Origin: Dubosiella newyorkensis | Lineage (GTDB): Bacteria; Bacillota_I; Bacilli_A; Erysipelotrichales; Erysipelotrichaceae | Direction: 5' to 3' | Length of the DNA: 30,337 bases | Assembly (NCBI RefSeq): GCF_001945605.1 | Contig: NZ_MPKA01000079.1 | Span: 1 to 30,337 of the forward strand | Shown: piece by piece, positions 9,056 through 18,196 of the stretch | Numbering within the stretch: the first letter of the stretch is position 1 | Layout: the number at the start of each line of letters is the position of its first letter | The notes under the pieces: model-generated | Seen by the model: the letters and a program-made list of their open reading frames with translations, nothing else | Told to the model about the DNA's origin: nothing | The model's database searches: none | Made by a program: the position numbers and the translations under genes

Positions 9056-9417
9056 TCAAGGGATCGCGGAAATACACGATCCCTTTTTTTATTAGATTGA
9101 ATGTTCAAGCACGCGCTTTCCTTGACCCATTTTTTGAGCACGTCTATCTCGATTTCCGAGATCATTCCTTCGTTTTGGAAAAGGTCTCGCGTCGTCTCGC
9201 TTTCAGCTCGTTGGCTTGCATCGATTCTAGACCTGGAATCAATAACCGGCAAATATCGGCGAAGATGTCGTCGAACTCCAAGAGATGTTTTTCCAAAATA
9301 TCTTTGTCGTGATTCATAACAAAACTCCCTTCTAATATTCAATACGACAAAAAACAAAAAAATGAGCCCAAAAAGTAAAAAAATGGCAAGACCGATTTTG
9401 GTCCCGCCAATTTTCAA
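9010..9417 (-). CDS. Doubtful ORF downstream of the ABC permease (only the N-terminal TM segment looks protein-like)
   Basis: The ATG at 9417 overlaps the permease stop and encodes one TM helix (IGLAIFLLFGLIFLFFVVL). The frame then becomes Arg-rich and nonsense-like and runs through the convergent terminator at 9060-9090. An alternative 51-aa ORF lies at 9162..9317. See findings. Confidence 0.25.
   Translation of the reverse strand: MKIGGTKIGLAIFLLFGLIFLFFVVLNIRREFCYESRQRYFGKTSLGVRRHLRRYLPVIDSRSRIDASQRAESETTRDLFQNEGMISEIEIDVLKKWVKESACLNIQSNKKRDRVFPRSLDYKYCLACSSYSFAF
9060..9090 (+). terminator. Rho-independent terminator
   Basis: Stem GGGATCG (9060-9066) pairs with CGATCCC (9077-9083), followed by a T7 run. 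Confidence 0.75.
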
Positions 9418-11012
9418 ACGTTCATCAAATGCTTCAACACGATTTTTGGAACGAACTTATAAAAGATACCGACCAAAACGATCGTCACGATCAAAGCCAA
9501 TAAGGCAAAAATATCTAAAGAAGGCGATACAAAATAAAGGAGCACGAACAAACCGAGAATGAGCCAAGAAACAAAGAGTTCACCCATCACATTGAAGTTT
9601 TGTTTGACCGCGCCCGTTTCATCTTCCCAGTCAAGTTTTGGATGGATCCCATCGATCAAGATCGAAATCAAATTGACTAAAATTGAAGATAAAAGCGCTC
9701 CACCAATATAAGCTAGATCATAATACCAAGCGTAGCTGAAAATATAATGGAAAGCGATCAGCATCAATAACGCGCTGATCATGGAAAAAAACAATCCAAC
9801 GATCAATCGCGCGTCGATTTGTTTCGACATAGAAAGAGGAATGATCTTGATAAAGTCGATATTTCTTCCCTCTCTTGAAAATGTCGTCGCGCAGATCCCG
9901 TTCATCGAACCTAGGAAAAAGCCGCTAATGCCGCCAGCCAAAAACAACCCGGTCCATAAATTAAAGAAAGTGGACAAATCGATCGACTTGAGCATAGGTA
10001 AAAATTGACGGATCTCCGGATTGATCAAAAAAATCGCCACCATCATGATCGGACCCACAAACGATCCAAGCACCAAATTGGAAAAGTAGGTTGGCGAACG
10101 CAGCAGCGTCTTGAATTGAACGCCCAAATAACTCATGAAAGGATCGGACGCCTTGATCTTCTTTTCTTTGACCCGCTTTTGTCCACTGGAGCCGATCGTC
10201 AACGCGACAGGCAAATACATCTTTTCTGCCAAGACAACAAAAACAAGACCGAAAGCGAACGAAATCAAAAGCGAAATCAAAAACGCGCTCCAAGACCCAA
10301 AATAAATACTCTCGCTCACACTTGGAATTTGAAAAAAGATCTTCAACGCGTTGGAAAACAACTGCGGGTTTTTGCTGAGCATCTCTTGAACGATCTCCAT
10401 CGCATCTCCAGAAAGACTTTGAGAACCCACGCCAACAATGACCGCCAAACCGATCGAAAGGATCCCTAAAACAAGCATGAACCGATCTTTGTTTTTAAAG
10501 AAAGGAATAAAGCGCATCACCAAAATCGTCAAGATCCCAATCACAAAGAGGACCGGCAAAAAATTCAAGAAGATCTGAAAAATAAAGAATACAGCGCCTA
10601 GCCCATTGACGCCTGCTTGCACAAAAGCGATCCAGACAGGAATCAAAAATAAAACGCTGATCAAAAGCGAAGAAACATACGCCATGAACGTCTTGGCCAA
10701 GATGATCGTTCTGCTCGGGATCGGCAGCGTCAACAGCTGCGGCACATCGTTTGAAAAGTAAAACGAGCTCGGGAAGACGAACAAAGCCGTCCAGAAGATG
10801 ATCATATTCGCCAAAAACAACAACGCCTGCAACGTCAGTAAGCCAAGGTTGCTGTTTTGAAACGTATCCAAACATAAAAAGTAAGCCATCACAAGAATGG
10901 GTGAAATCGACAAAAACAATAAAGCGGCTAACGCGATCGTCTTACCACGATTCTTTTTCAGCGAATATGTGTTCTTGAACAAAGCTCTAGAAAGCAAGTA
11001 AAAATCACGCAT
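9414..11012 (-). CDS. ABC-2-type transporter permease (large polytopic membrane protein)
   Basis: 532 aa with more than 10 hydrophobic segments. It overlaps the upstream ATPase gene by 8 nt, so the two form an operon. Confidence 0.7.
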   Translation of the reverse strand: MRDFYLLSRALFKNTYSLKKNRGKTIALAALLFLSISPILVMAYFLCLDTFQNSNLGLLTLQALLFLANMIIFWTALFVFPSSFYFSNDVPQLLTLPIPSRTIILAKTFMAYVSSLLISVLFLIPVWIAFVQAGVNGLGAVFFIFQIFLNFLPVLFVIGILTILVMRFIPFFKNKDRFMLVLGILSIGLAVIVGVGSQSLSGDAMEIVQEMLSKNPQLFSNALKIFFQIPSVSESIYFGSWSAFLISLLISFAFGLVFVVLAEKMYLPVALTIGSSGQKRVKEKKIKASDPFMSYLGVQFKTLLRSPTYFSNLVLGSFVGPIMMVAIFLINPEIRQFLPMLKSIDLSTFFNLWTGLFLAGGISGFFLGSMNGICATTFSREGRNIDFIKIIPLSMSKQIDARLIVGLFFSMISALLMLIAFHYIFSYAWYYDLAYIGGALLSSILVNLISILIDGIHPKLDWEDETGAVKQNFNVMGELFVSWLILGLFVLLYFVSPSLDIFALLALIVTIVLVGIFYKFVPKIVLKHLMNV

Positions 11013-11724
11013 TCGAAATCACCTCTAAAAAGATCTCTTCCAACGATTGATTCGGGAACTTTTCTTTCAGCGAATCCAGCGTCCCATCAAAACAAATCTT
11101 TCCTTTGTTGATGATGACGATCTGATCGCATAATTTTTCAGCCACCTCCAGCACATGAGTCGAAAAGAAGACCGTGTTTCCTTTTTGCGCATGCTCCTTC
11201 ATCTTTTCTTTCAATAAAAAGGCGCTCTCGGGATCAAGTCCTGTCATCGGCTCATCCAAGATCCAAATGTTTGGATCGCACACTAAAGCGCCAATGATGA
11301 TCGCTTTTTGACGCATCCCGTGCGAAAAACTCGATAAAGGCTGGTCTAGATCGCTTTCGATCTGAAAATCTTTCGCCAGCTGTCCTATCCTTTGATTGCG
11401 TAGACTTTGATCGATTTGATAAATGTCCGCCATGAAGTTGATATATTCTCTAGCCGAAAGCCGCAAAAACAAATCAGGCGAATCAGGAACAAGGCCAAAT
11501 TCCCGTTTGGCTTGGATCGGATTTTTCGCAATATCGATCCCATTGAGCAAGATCTCGCCCTGATCGATTCCCAATGCTCCTGTCATCATATGGATCGTTG
11601 TCGTCTTTCCAGCTCCGTTTGGGCCAATAAAGCCCGTGATCGAACCCGAAGGAACTTGAAAGCGAATGTCGTCGACCGCCTTTTTTGTTCCAAAAGACTT
11701 CGAAACGTTTTTGATATCTATCAT
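11005..11724 (-). CDS. ABC transporter ATP-binding protein
   Basis: Walker A GPNGAGKTT, a degenerate signature FSHGMRQK and Walker B IWILDEP, followed by the H-loop STHVLE. The ATG at 11724 lies 8 nt after GAGAGGTG, and I prefer it to the GTG at 11733. Confidence 0.85.
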   Translation of the reverse strand: MIDIKNVSKSFGTKKAVDDIRFQVPSGSITGFIGPNGAGKTTTIHMMTGALGIDQGEILLNGIDIAKNPIQAKREFGLVPDSPDLFLRLSAREYINFMADIYQIDQSLRNQRIGQLAKDFQIESDLDQPLSSFSHGMRQKAIIIGALVCDPNIWILDEPMTGLDPESAFLLKEKMKEHAQKGNTVFFSTHVLEVAEKLCDQIVIINKGKICFDGTLDSLKEKFPNQSLEEIFLEVISNA

Positions 11725-11832
11725 AAAAATCACCTCTCTGATGTATTCGATTATAAGCTTGTTTTTCGAAAGAGAAAACTAGGGATGGATGAGATGTCTC
11801 GATTTCTGTATGAAAGGTAAGAAATTAGACAT

Positions 11833-11856
11833 GAAAAAAGTCCGTCATGCGGACTA
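11833..11856 (-). terminator. Rho-independent terminator (minus strand)
   Basis: Stem AGTCCG (11839-11844) pairs with CGGACT (11850-11855). The A6 run on the plus strand gives a T-run after the hairpin on the minus strand. It overlaps the stop of the GNAT gene. Confidence 0.6.
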
Positions 11857-12741
11857 AAGAAGCTGATCCCATGAAGGATGGCCAAACAAATCGGCGTTCA
11901 CGGGCAGCCAATGCTCAAAAAGCTTTTTATTGTTGATCCTAAGAAGGATCTCGTTTTTCTCATAAGAGCGAATACTTGGATATAGTTTTTCAAGCACTTC
12001 GAATTGACTCGTCTCGATCAAGATCGTATCGCAAATCAAAGAAAGCGAAGAAAACAAAGACTCGATCGCATTCGAATTCAAATAGACGAGCACCTCGATA
12101 CGCGCTTTGTTTTCATGCAAGGCATAGATCGCGAATCCCTCAGGTTCATAGCTCTTATTGTACATCAAAACGACATTTCGCTTCGCATGCGCATAATAAG
12201 CAAGATCGTTTTCAAACTCCTGCCGACTCAAATGGATCGAACTATCAAAGTGAGAAAGAAACGTCTCGTAAAGTGGATATAGATCAAAAGCAGGCCGATA
12301 TTTTCTTACCCGACTGATCGGCAAATATGTCACCTTTTCGCTTGAGAGCGTATACACTTTCGTGACGCTCTGCATCCAAAAATCCTGCTGCAAAAAGGGC
12401 TTTGGAATACTTGTCTTCACAAGCGAAAGCAGCTCATTGCATTCGCATTTTTTGATATACGCCTCCAAGAGCTTTTTAAAATAGCCATGGTTGCGGTATT
12501 CGGGATCGGTCAAAGCGAACTCGACCACCGAGACGAGACAATCTTTGTTTTGGATCGAAAAGACACGCTTGGCCGCCTGCAAGATCGAAATGATCTGATC
12601 GTTCTCGATCAATAAAAACATATCTTCCGGATTGAATTTGTATTTGATCCAAGCCTCGATTTGATAATAAGGGGCATGCCAGGCGCTCTTTAAAAAGAAG
12701 AGCACTTGTTTTTCTTTACCTAAAGCGTTTTGTAAGATCAT
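11854..12741 (-). CDS. GNAT-family N-acetyltransferase-like protein (Eis-like size)
   Basis: An acetyl-CoA binding-like segment is present (FALTDPEYRNHGYFKKLLEAYIK). The 295-aa length suggests an extra C-terminal domain. Confidence 0.5.
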   Translation of the reverse strand: MILQNALGKEKQVLFFLKSAWHAPYYQIEAWIKYKFNPEDMFLLIENDQIISILQAAKRVFSIQNKDCLVSVVEFALTDPEYRNHGYFKKLLEAYIKKCECNELLSLVKTSIPKPFLQQDFWMQSVTKVYTLSSEKVTYLPISRVRKYRPAFDLYPLYETFLSHFDSSIHLSRQEFENDLAYYAHAKRNVVLMYNKSYEPEGFAIYALHENKARIEVLVYLNSNAIESLFSSLSLICDTILIETSQFEVLEKLYPSIRSYEKNEILLRINNKKLFEHWLPVNADLFGHPSWDQLL

Positions 12742-13004
12742 TGCCCATCATCGCTTTCTTCATACTCTACATAATCGACATCGATCGAATCCGGGCGCGC
12801 CTCTCTTGGCTGGATGCGAGGCTGCGGATCCTCGTAGTTTCGATAGTACGATTCAAAATCGCTTTCCTGCTTGTTGCGGCGAAACGCCTTGGCGATCGCG
12901 GCCACCACCCAAAAGAAGATCAAGAACGGGATCAGGACCGGCAAAATATAAAACGCGAATAAAAACGTGATAAAAACCGCAATAACTAAAATTAAAAACT
13001 GCAT
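12738..13004 (-). CDS. Small membrane protein, hypothetical
   Basis: Two TM helices are followed by an acidic tail. RBS GGAGGAAT lies upstream. There is an ATGA-type overlap with the downstream GNAT gene. Confidence 0.55.
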   Translation of the reverse strand: MQFLILVIAVFITFLFAFYILPVLIPFLIFFWVVAAIAKAFRRNKQESDFESYYRNYEDPQPRIQPREARPDSIDVDYVEYEESDDGQ

Positions 13005-13007
13005 GAT

Positions 13008-13619
13008 TTATTCCTCCATGGAAATTGGTGTTTCTTTTTCTATTTCTTCTAGAAAGATCGGCTGGATGCTTCCGCTCGACAATTCGAGCAAATCCGCTTC
13101 GATCTTTTTGTTGCCAACATATTCATAATACACTCTTTCTTGATAGTCCTTGTCGATAATCTCGATGCCTTTGGCTCGAAAATACCCGTCGACCTTGCCC
13201 AAAAGAGCGTAGTCGAATTCGATCGCGAACACTTCGACCTTTTTAGTTTCCAAAAGGACAGCCTCATTTAAAGCGAGCTTGACACTCGAAGAATACGCTT
13301 TGACTAGACCCCCCTTGCCAAGAAGAGTGCCTCCAAAATAACGAACGGTGACCGCCAAAATATCTTGCATCTTCATTCCTTGCAGCACATCGAGCATCGG
13401 CCTTCCCGCTGTGCCCGCAGGCTCTCCATCGTCATTGCTGCGCTCAAGAGAGCCAATGATCATCGCTGTGCAGGCGTGTCTAGCGTTTGGATGCTCCTTT
13501 TTGACGAGCTTTAAGAAACTCTTGGCTTCCTCTTCATTTTCGCTGCGATGCAAATACGTAATGAAACGGCTTTTTTTGATTTCGATCTCGTGTTCGACAT
13601 CGTTCATGATCTTTGGCAT
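13008..13619 (-). CDS. YigZ / IMPACT (UPF0029) family protein
   Basis: EIEIKKSRFITYL...EEEAKSFL...KEHPNARHACTAMIIG...NDDGEPAGTAGRPMLDVL matches the YigZ N-terminal domain pattern. Confidence 0.8.
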   Translation of the reverse strand: MPKIMNDVEHEIEIKKSRFITYLHRSENEEEAKSFLKLVKKEHPNARHACTAMIIGSLERSNDDGEPAGTAGRPMLDVLQGMKMQDILAVTVRYFGGTLLGKGGLVKAYSSSVKLALNEAVLLETKKVEVFAIEFDYALLGKVDGYFRAKGIEIIDKDYQERVYYEYVGNKKIEADLLELSSGSIQPIFLEEIEKETPISMEE

Positions 13620-13702
13620 ATTTCCATTTTAATGGATTGAAGCTTTTGAGTCAAAATAGAGAACTATGATAAGATAGAATTGATTCAGGAGGTTTATACA
13701 CT

Positions 13703-15247
13703 ATGAGAATGAGTGACGAATGGATGGAAAAATATCATAATGAAATCGACAAGTTCGCACAAGAAACAAAAGAGTTTCACGAACACGATCTATCCCGCAA
13801 AGACTATAAAGGCATTTCGGGAGGATTTGGCTCGTATGCCCAGCGCGACGACCAAGAACACATGGTTCGTCTTCGATTGACGGGTGGAAAGCTCGATCGA
13901 GAAAATCTCGAATTTTTAGCCAATTTAGTGGATCGCTACAACATCAAACGATTAAAAATGTCGACATGCGAAACGATCCAGCTGCACGATCTATCCTACG
14001 ATCAAGTCGCCCCGATCATTTGGGAAGCGGCAGACCATGGCATCTATACAAAAGCGGGCGGCGGAGACAATCCCCGCAATGTGATGGTTTCTCCTCTTTC
14101 TGGCGTGCAGGAAGGCGAAGCGTTCGATGTCAATCCGTATGCCGACGCGGTCGCTGAATATACGTTATCGGTTTGCCGCGACTTCAAGATGCCGCGTAAA
14201 TTGAAGATCGCCTTTTCCAATGGCGTGGATGATTCCGTGCATGCGACCTTCCGCGATATGGGCTTTATCGCCAATCCGGATGGAACCTTCAAGCTCTATA
14301 TTTGCGGAGGACTTGGAAACGATCATAAAATGGGCGTTTTGATGGAAGAAAATCTTGATCCAAAAGAAATCCTCTATTATGTGCGAGGGATGATCGATTT
14401 CTTCTGTCAATTTGGCAACTATAAAAACCGCGCCAAAGCAAGGACGCGCTTCTTGCAAGAAACGATGGAACCAGAAAAGCTCAAAGAAGAATATTTCAGG
14501 ATCGTAGATGGACTCAAAGCCAAAGGCGGTCTCGACCTTTATAAAGTCGAAGAAAAAAATATCGACAAACAAGGAGAAGGAACGATCGTTTCCGCGCGCG
14601 TACTCCCTCAAAAACAAAAAGAGCTCTTCAGCGTGGAATATCATCCAATTGGGGGCGTTCTTCCGACTGAAATGCCGCGCAAGATGCTCGAGCTCTTGGA
14701 AAAGATGCCTGGCGTAGAGATTAGGATCGGCGCCGATGAAACGTTGTGGTTCATCAACTGCACGGCCAAAGAAGCAGCCGAGATCCTTGAATTGAGCAAA
14801 GAGAGCGCGAACACACCATTCGAGCATTCTGTCGCTTGTATTGGGGCGGCTGTTTGCCAGCAAGGTTTGCGAAATTCCCAAAGTATTTTGCGAGATTGTA
14901 TTTTCAAAGTCCGCGAACATCCGGAAATTAGCGAAGTTCTACCAAAAGTGCGAATCTCAGGGTGCGCTTCTTCGTGCGCGGCACATCAAGTTGGTTCGCT
15001 AGGCTTTCAAGGTTTCGTGAAAGTGGTCGAAAAGATCCCGCAAGCCGCGTTCCGTGTCTTTGTTGGCGGAAGCGACGAAAAAGACAACGTTCGTTTTGGC
15101 GAATTTGTCGGTGTCGTTTTGGAAAAAGACATGCCAGATCTTTTTTTGGCGTTAGGAAAGGCGTGCCTGGAAAGTCAAAAAACGTGGGATGCTTTTGTTC
15201 AAGAAAATCGAGACGATGTCGTTTCGATCATCGAATCATTTGCCTAA
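13703..15247 (+). CDS. Nitrite/sulfite reductase family protein (siroheme/4Fe-4S type)
   Basis: RBS AGGAGG lies 10 nt upstream. Cys clusters typical of the NiR/SiR 4Fe-4S-siroheme domain are present (VACIGAAVCQQG ... ISGCASSCAAHQ). The ferredoxin-like half-domain repeat is duplicated. Confidence 0.75.
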   Translation: MRMSDEWMEKYHNEIDKFAQETKEFHEHDLSRKDYKGISGGFGSYAQRDDQEHMVRLRLTGGKLDRENLEFLANLVDRYNIKRLKMSTCETIQLHDLSYDQVAPIIWEAADHGIYTKAGGGDNPRNVMVSPLSGVQEGEAFDVNPYADAVAEYTLSVCRDFKMPRKLKIAFSNGVDDSVHATFRDMGFIANPDGTFKLYICGGLGNDHKMGVLMEENLDPKEILYYVRGMIDFFCQFGNYKNRAKARTRFLQETMEPEKLKEEYFRIVDGLKAKGGLDLYKVEEKNIDKQGEGTIVSARVLPQKQKELFSVEYHPIGGVLPTEMPRKMLELLEKMPGVEIRIGADETLWFINCTAKEAAEILELSKESANTPFEHSVACIGAAVCQQGLRNSQSILRDCIFKVREHPEISEVLPKVRISGCASSCAAHQVGSLGFQGFVKVVEKIPQAAFRVFVGGSDEKDNVRFGEFVGVVLEKDMPDLFLALGKACLESQKTWDAFVQENRDDVVSIIESFA

Positions 15248-15250
15248 ATA

Positions 15251-15280
15251 AGAGGAATGGATGCTCATTCCTCTTTTCTT
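15251..15280 (+). terminator. Rho-independent terminator
   Basis: Stem AGAGGAATG (15251-15259) pairs with CATTCCTCT (15266-15274), followed by a T-rich tail. Confidence 0.75.
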
Positions 15281-15360
15281 CGTAACTTTCTATTGCGTTC
15301 TATGTAAATTTCATGTAAATAAAAGTTAAGTGAATATGAATTCTGAAAGGAAAAAGGATT

Positions 15361-17127
15361 ATGAGTAACACGGTATTGATGATTTTGAATCTGCTTTGTG
15401 GAGTCGCTCTCTTCTTGTATGGCATGTCTTCGATGGGGGACGGGCTCAAGAAAGTGGCCGGAAACAAGCTGGAGCTCATTTTGTATCGGCTGACCAATTC
15501 ACCTTTGAAGGGTTTTTTGTTGGGTACAGCGGTGACATGTGTCATCCAGTCTTCTTCGGCCGCTTCGGTCATGGTCGTCGGCTTTGTCAATTCGGGCATG
15601 ATGAAAGTCTCGCAAGCAATCGGTGTGATCTTGGGCGCCAATATTGGAACGAGCATCACAGGCTGGATCATTTGCTTGTCGTATTTGGATGCTGGAGGCA
15701 TCGCTTCGTTCTTGTCTTCCGCCACGATCACGGCTGTGGTCGCGATCATCGGGATCATTTTGAAGATGTTTGGCAAAAAAGAAGTATACGCCCATGTAGG
15801 AAATATCTTGCTTGGCTTCGCGGTGTTGATGACAGGCATGTCGGTCATGTCCCAAGCTGTCTCTCCATTAAGAGAGAGTCCATTTTTTATCGATATGATG
15901 ACTTCGCTCAACAATCCATTGTTAGGAACGCTCTTTGGCGTGGCGTTCGCGGCCGTGCTGCAGTCGGCTTCCGCGGCGGTCGGCGTGTTGCAAGCGCTCT
16001 CTACAACAGGGGCGATCGCTTTTGGGGCGGCGTTCCCGATGGTGCTTGGCATTAGTGTGGGCGCGAGCGCGCCTGTGCTTTTAGCGGCGGTGGGCGCGAA
16101 CAAGAATGGTCAGCGGACTTCGTTTTTGTATTTGATCGTGGCTGTGATCGCTTCGATCTTAGCGCTGGTCGGCTTTTATGGGTTCGATCTCGTGTTCCAT
16201 TTCGATTGGATGGATAAGACGATGGATCCTTTCTCGATCGCGATCATGAATACGGCGTATCGGGCGATCACGATGTCGCTTCTTCTTCCATGCGTGCCTT
16301 TGTTGAAAAAATTGATGTTCATCGTCATTCCAAAGAGCGAAAAGGACGAGGAGTCGACGGCCGAATTCGACAAGCTGGAGGATCGTTTCCTGTCCAATCC
16401 GCAAGTGGCATACGAGCAGAGCATGCAAGTCATGGAGGGCATGGCGAAAAAGGCGAAGAAAAATGTATTGCGCGCTTTGAATCTTCTGGATTCCTATTCT
16501 TCGGAAGGGTATAAAAAGGTCGTCGAGCTTGAACAGACGCTCAATAAATACGAAGACAAATTGGGTGGTTATTTGATGAAGCTGACAGTTTCGGGAGTTG
16601 GCGAAGAGCAAGGCAAGACCATCAATAAGGCGCTGCAGGCGATCAGCGATTTTGAAAAGATGTCAGATTACGCTTTGGAGATCGCCAATACGGCTAAAAA
16701 GATGCACGATGCCAATCAAAAATTTTCTTTGAAGGCGGTGGATGAATTGACGGTCGTAGAAACAGCGATCGAGGAGATCGTGACGATCACGGTCAATGGC
16801 TTCATCAACAACGATTCGAAGATCGTCAAGTCCGTGTTCCCTTTGAAGGATCTTGTGACGATGAACTGCAACGAGATCAAGAAGCGGCATGTGCTTCGGC
16901 TTCGTTCAGGCGAGTGTCATACGGAGCAGGGTTTGGCTTTGTATGATTTGTTGAACGATATGCTCCATATCGCGCAACACTGCGCGAGCTTGTCGCTCGA
17001 TATTATCAAGATGGACGAGAAAGAGTTCAATCTCCATCGTTTCTTGCGCAAATACCAAGCCGAAAACGAGAACGAGTATTCGGACTTGCTCCATCAATAC
17101 GAGATCAAATATTCGATTCAATCCTAG
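15361..17127 (+). CDS. Na+/phosphate cotransporter family protein with C-terminal PhoU-like domain
   Basis: LLCGVALFLYGMSSMGDGLKKVAG...TCVIQSSSAASVMVVGFV and a second QSASAAVGVL repeat form the NaPi-II duplication. The helical PhoU-like C-terminus follows. Confidence 0.85.
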   Translation: MSNTVLMILNLLCGVALFLYGMSSMGDGLKKVAGNKLELILYRLTNSPLKGFLLGTAVTCVIQSSSAASVMVVGFVNSGMMKVSQAIGVILGANIGTSITGWIICLSYLDAGGIASFLSSATITAVVAIIGIILKMFGKKEVYAHVGNILLGFAVLMTGMSVMSQAVSPLRESPFFIDMMTSLNNPLLGTLFGVAFAAVLQSASAAVGVLQALSTTGAIAFGAAFPMVLGISVGASAPVLLAAVGANKNGQRTSFLYLIVAVIASILALVGFYGFDLVFHFDWMDKTMDPFSIAIMNTAYRAITMSLLLPCVPLLKKLMFIVIPKSEKDEESTAEFDKLEDRFLSNPQVAYEQSMQVMEGMAKKAKKNVLRALNLLDSYSSEGYKKVVELEQTLNKYEDKLGGYLMKLTVSGVGEEQGKTINKALQAISDFEKMSDYALEIANTAKKMHDANQKFSLKAVDELTVVETAIEEIVTITVNGFINNDSKIVKSVFPLKDLVTMNCNEIKKRHVLRLRSGECHTEQGLALYDLLNDMLHIAQHCASLSLDIIKMDEKEFNLHRFLRKYQAENENEYSDLLHQYEIKYSIQS

Positions 17128-17142
17128 TGGAGGTCAACAACA

Positions 17143-17562
17143 TTGGAAACGGAACGTTTAATACTCGACGAGATCGATCACGACCATATTTATGAGCAAG
17201 GCGTGATCGTGCAAGGTTGGCAAGTTTGTTTGAAAAAGGGAAGGAAAGCGATCGGGAAGTGCGCTTTGATCGAGCATCCTTGGAAAGAGAGGGTCGTTCT
17301 CGATCTTGTCTACGCGATCGATCCTGCCTTTTGGAATCAAAAGTATGGAACGGAGGCTGCCAAAGCGGTCCTTGATTACGCTTTTCAAGTTTTGAAGGTC
17401 GAGCGGGTGCATTCGATCATTCGGGATGTGAATGAATATTCGCAGATCATTTCGGTTCGTTTAGGCATGGAAGTGATCGATCGGATGACGCGCGTTCATG
17501 AAGGTGTCGAAAAGCCGCATTATCTCTATTGTGTCGAGAAAAAAGAGTTTTTGAGAAATTAG
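17143..17562 (+). CDS. GNAT-family N-acetyltransferase (RimJ/RimL-like)
   Basis: The TTG start lies 9 nt after GGAGG. TERLILDEI...NQKYGTEAAKAVLDYAF...ERVHSII is the GNAT motif A region. Confidence 0.6.
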   Translation: METERLILDEIDHDHIYEQGVIVQGWQVCLKKGRKAIGKCALIEHPWKERVVLDLVYAIDPAFWNQKYGTEAAKAVLDYAFQVLKVERVHSIIRDVNEYSQIISVRLGMEVIDRMTRVHEGVEKPHYLYCVEKKEFLRN

Positions 17563-17592
17563 GATCCTGTTTGCTTGCAGGATCTTTTTTGT
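17562..17592 (+). terminator. Rho-independent terminator
   Basis: Stem GATCCTG pairs with CAGGATC around loop TTTGCTT, followed by a T6 run. Confidence 0.7.
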
Positions 17593-17626
17593 TTTGTATC
17601 GTGCTAGAATGGAGGCAGGTGATCGT

Positions 17627-18193
17627 ATGAAATTTCGTTTAAAATACAACGCGCCCGTTATTTTAACGTTCGCGCTTCTTTGTTCGGCTGTGTTTCTTTT
17701 GTCACTTGTCTATGGGCATGCTTTTCTTTCGGATTGGTTCGTGACGCATCGAGGACCTTTATCGAGCGTGCACACATGGCTGAGTATGTTCACATATGTG
17801 CTAGGACATGCTTCGTTGGAGCATTTTATGAGCAATATGATGCTTCTTTTGCTGGTCGGTCCGGTGGTGGAAGAAAAGTATGGAGCGAAGAACACGCTGA
17901 TCATTATCGTTTTTACGGCGGTGTTGACGGCTTGGGCGAATATGGCGGTGACGAACAATGGCTTGATCGGGTGTAGTGGCGTGGTGTTCGCTTTCATCAT
18001 TCTTTGTAGTATGACTTCTTTTAAACGAGGGGAAGTTCCGCTGACGATGATCTTGGTCGTCGCGCTCTATCTTGGACAGGAGATCGTGGCGGGCGTGATT
18101 TCTTCGGACAATATTTCGCAAATGGCGCATGTGATCGGTGGAATCGCTGGGGCGGCGTTTGGCTTTTTCTTGGAAAACGGGAAAAGGAGATAG
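17627..18193 (+). CDS. Rhomboid-family intramembrane serine protease
   Basis: The start is moved to the ATG at 17627 (GGAGGCAGG upstream). It carries HASLEHFMSNMMLLLLVG, GCSGVVFA (GxSG catalytic Ser) and AHVIGGIAGAAFG (catalytic His helix). Confidence 0.8.
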   Translation: MKFRLKYNAPVILTFALLCSAVFLLSLVYGHAFLSDWFVTHRGPLSSVHTWLSMFTYVLGHASLEHFMSNMMLLLLVGPVVEEKYGAKNTLIIIVFTAVLTAWANMAVTNNGLIGCSGVVFAFIILCSMTSFKRGEVPLTMILVVALYLGQEIVAGVISSDNISQMAHVIGGIAGAAFGFFLENGKRR

Positions 18194-18196
18194 GAT

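Noticed and set aside
14165-14920. 251-aa minus-strand ORF inside the sulfite/nitrite reductase gene. Similar antisense ORFs lie at 20736..21350, 21456..21947, 18242..18769, 6713..7345, 3227..3808, 16159..16611 and 4418..4795.
   Set aside because: All are antisense or out-of-frame to CDSs with clear family motifs. The sequences are Arg/His/Leu-rich and typical of reverse-frame artefacts in this codon usage.
15300-16103. 267-aa minus-strand ORF (and the plus-strand 219-aa ORF at 15396..16055) overlapping the Na/Pi cotransporter gene
   Set aside because: These are shadow ORFs inside a confidently identified CDS. Their translations are low-complexity (Ala/Thr/Pro- or Arg/Gly-rich) with no motifs, start context or RBS.
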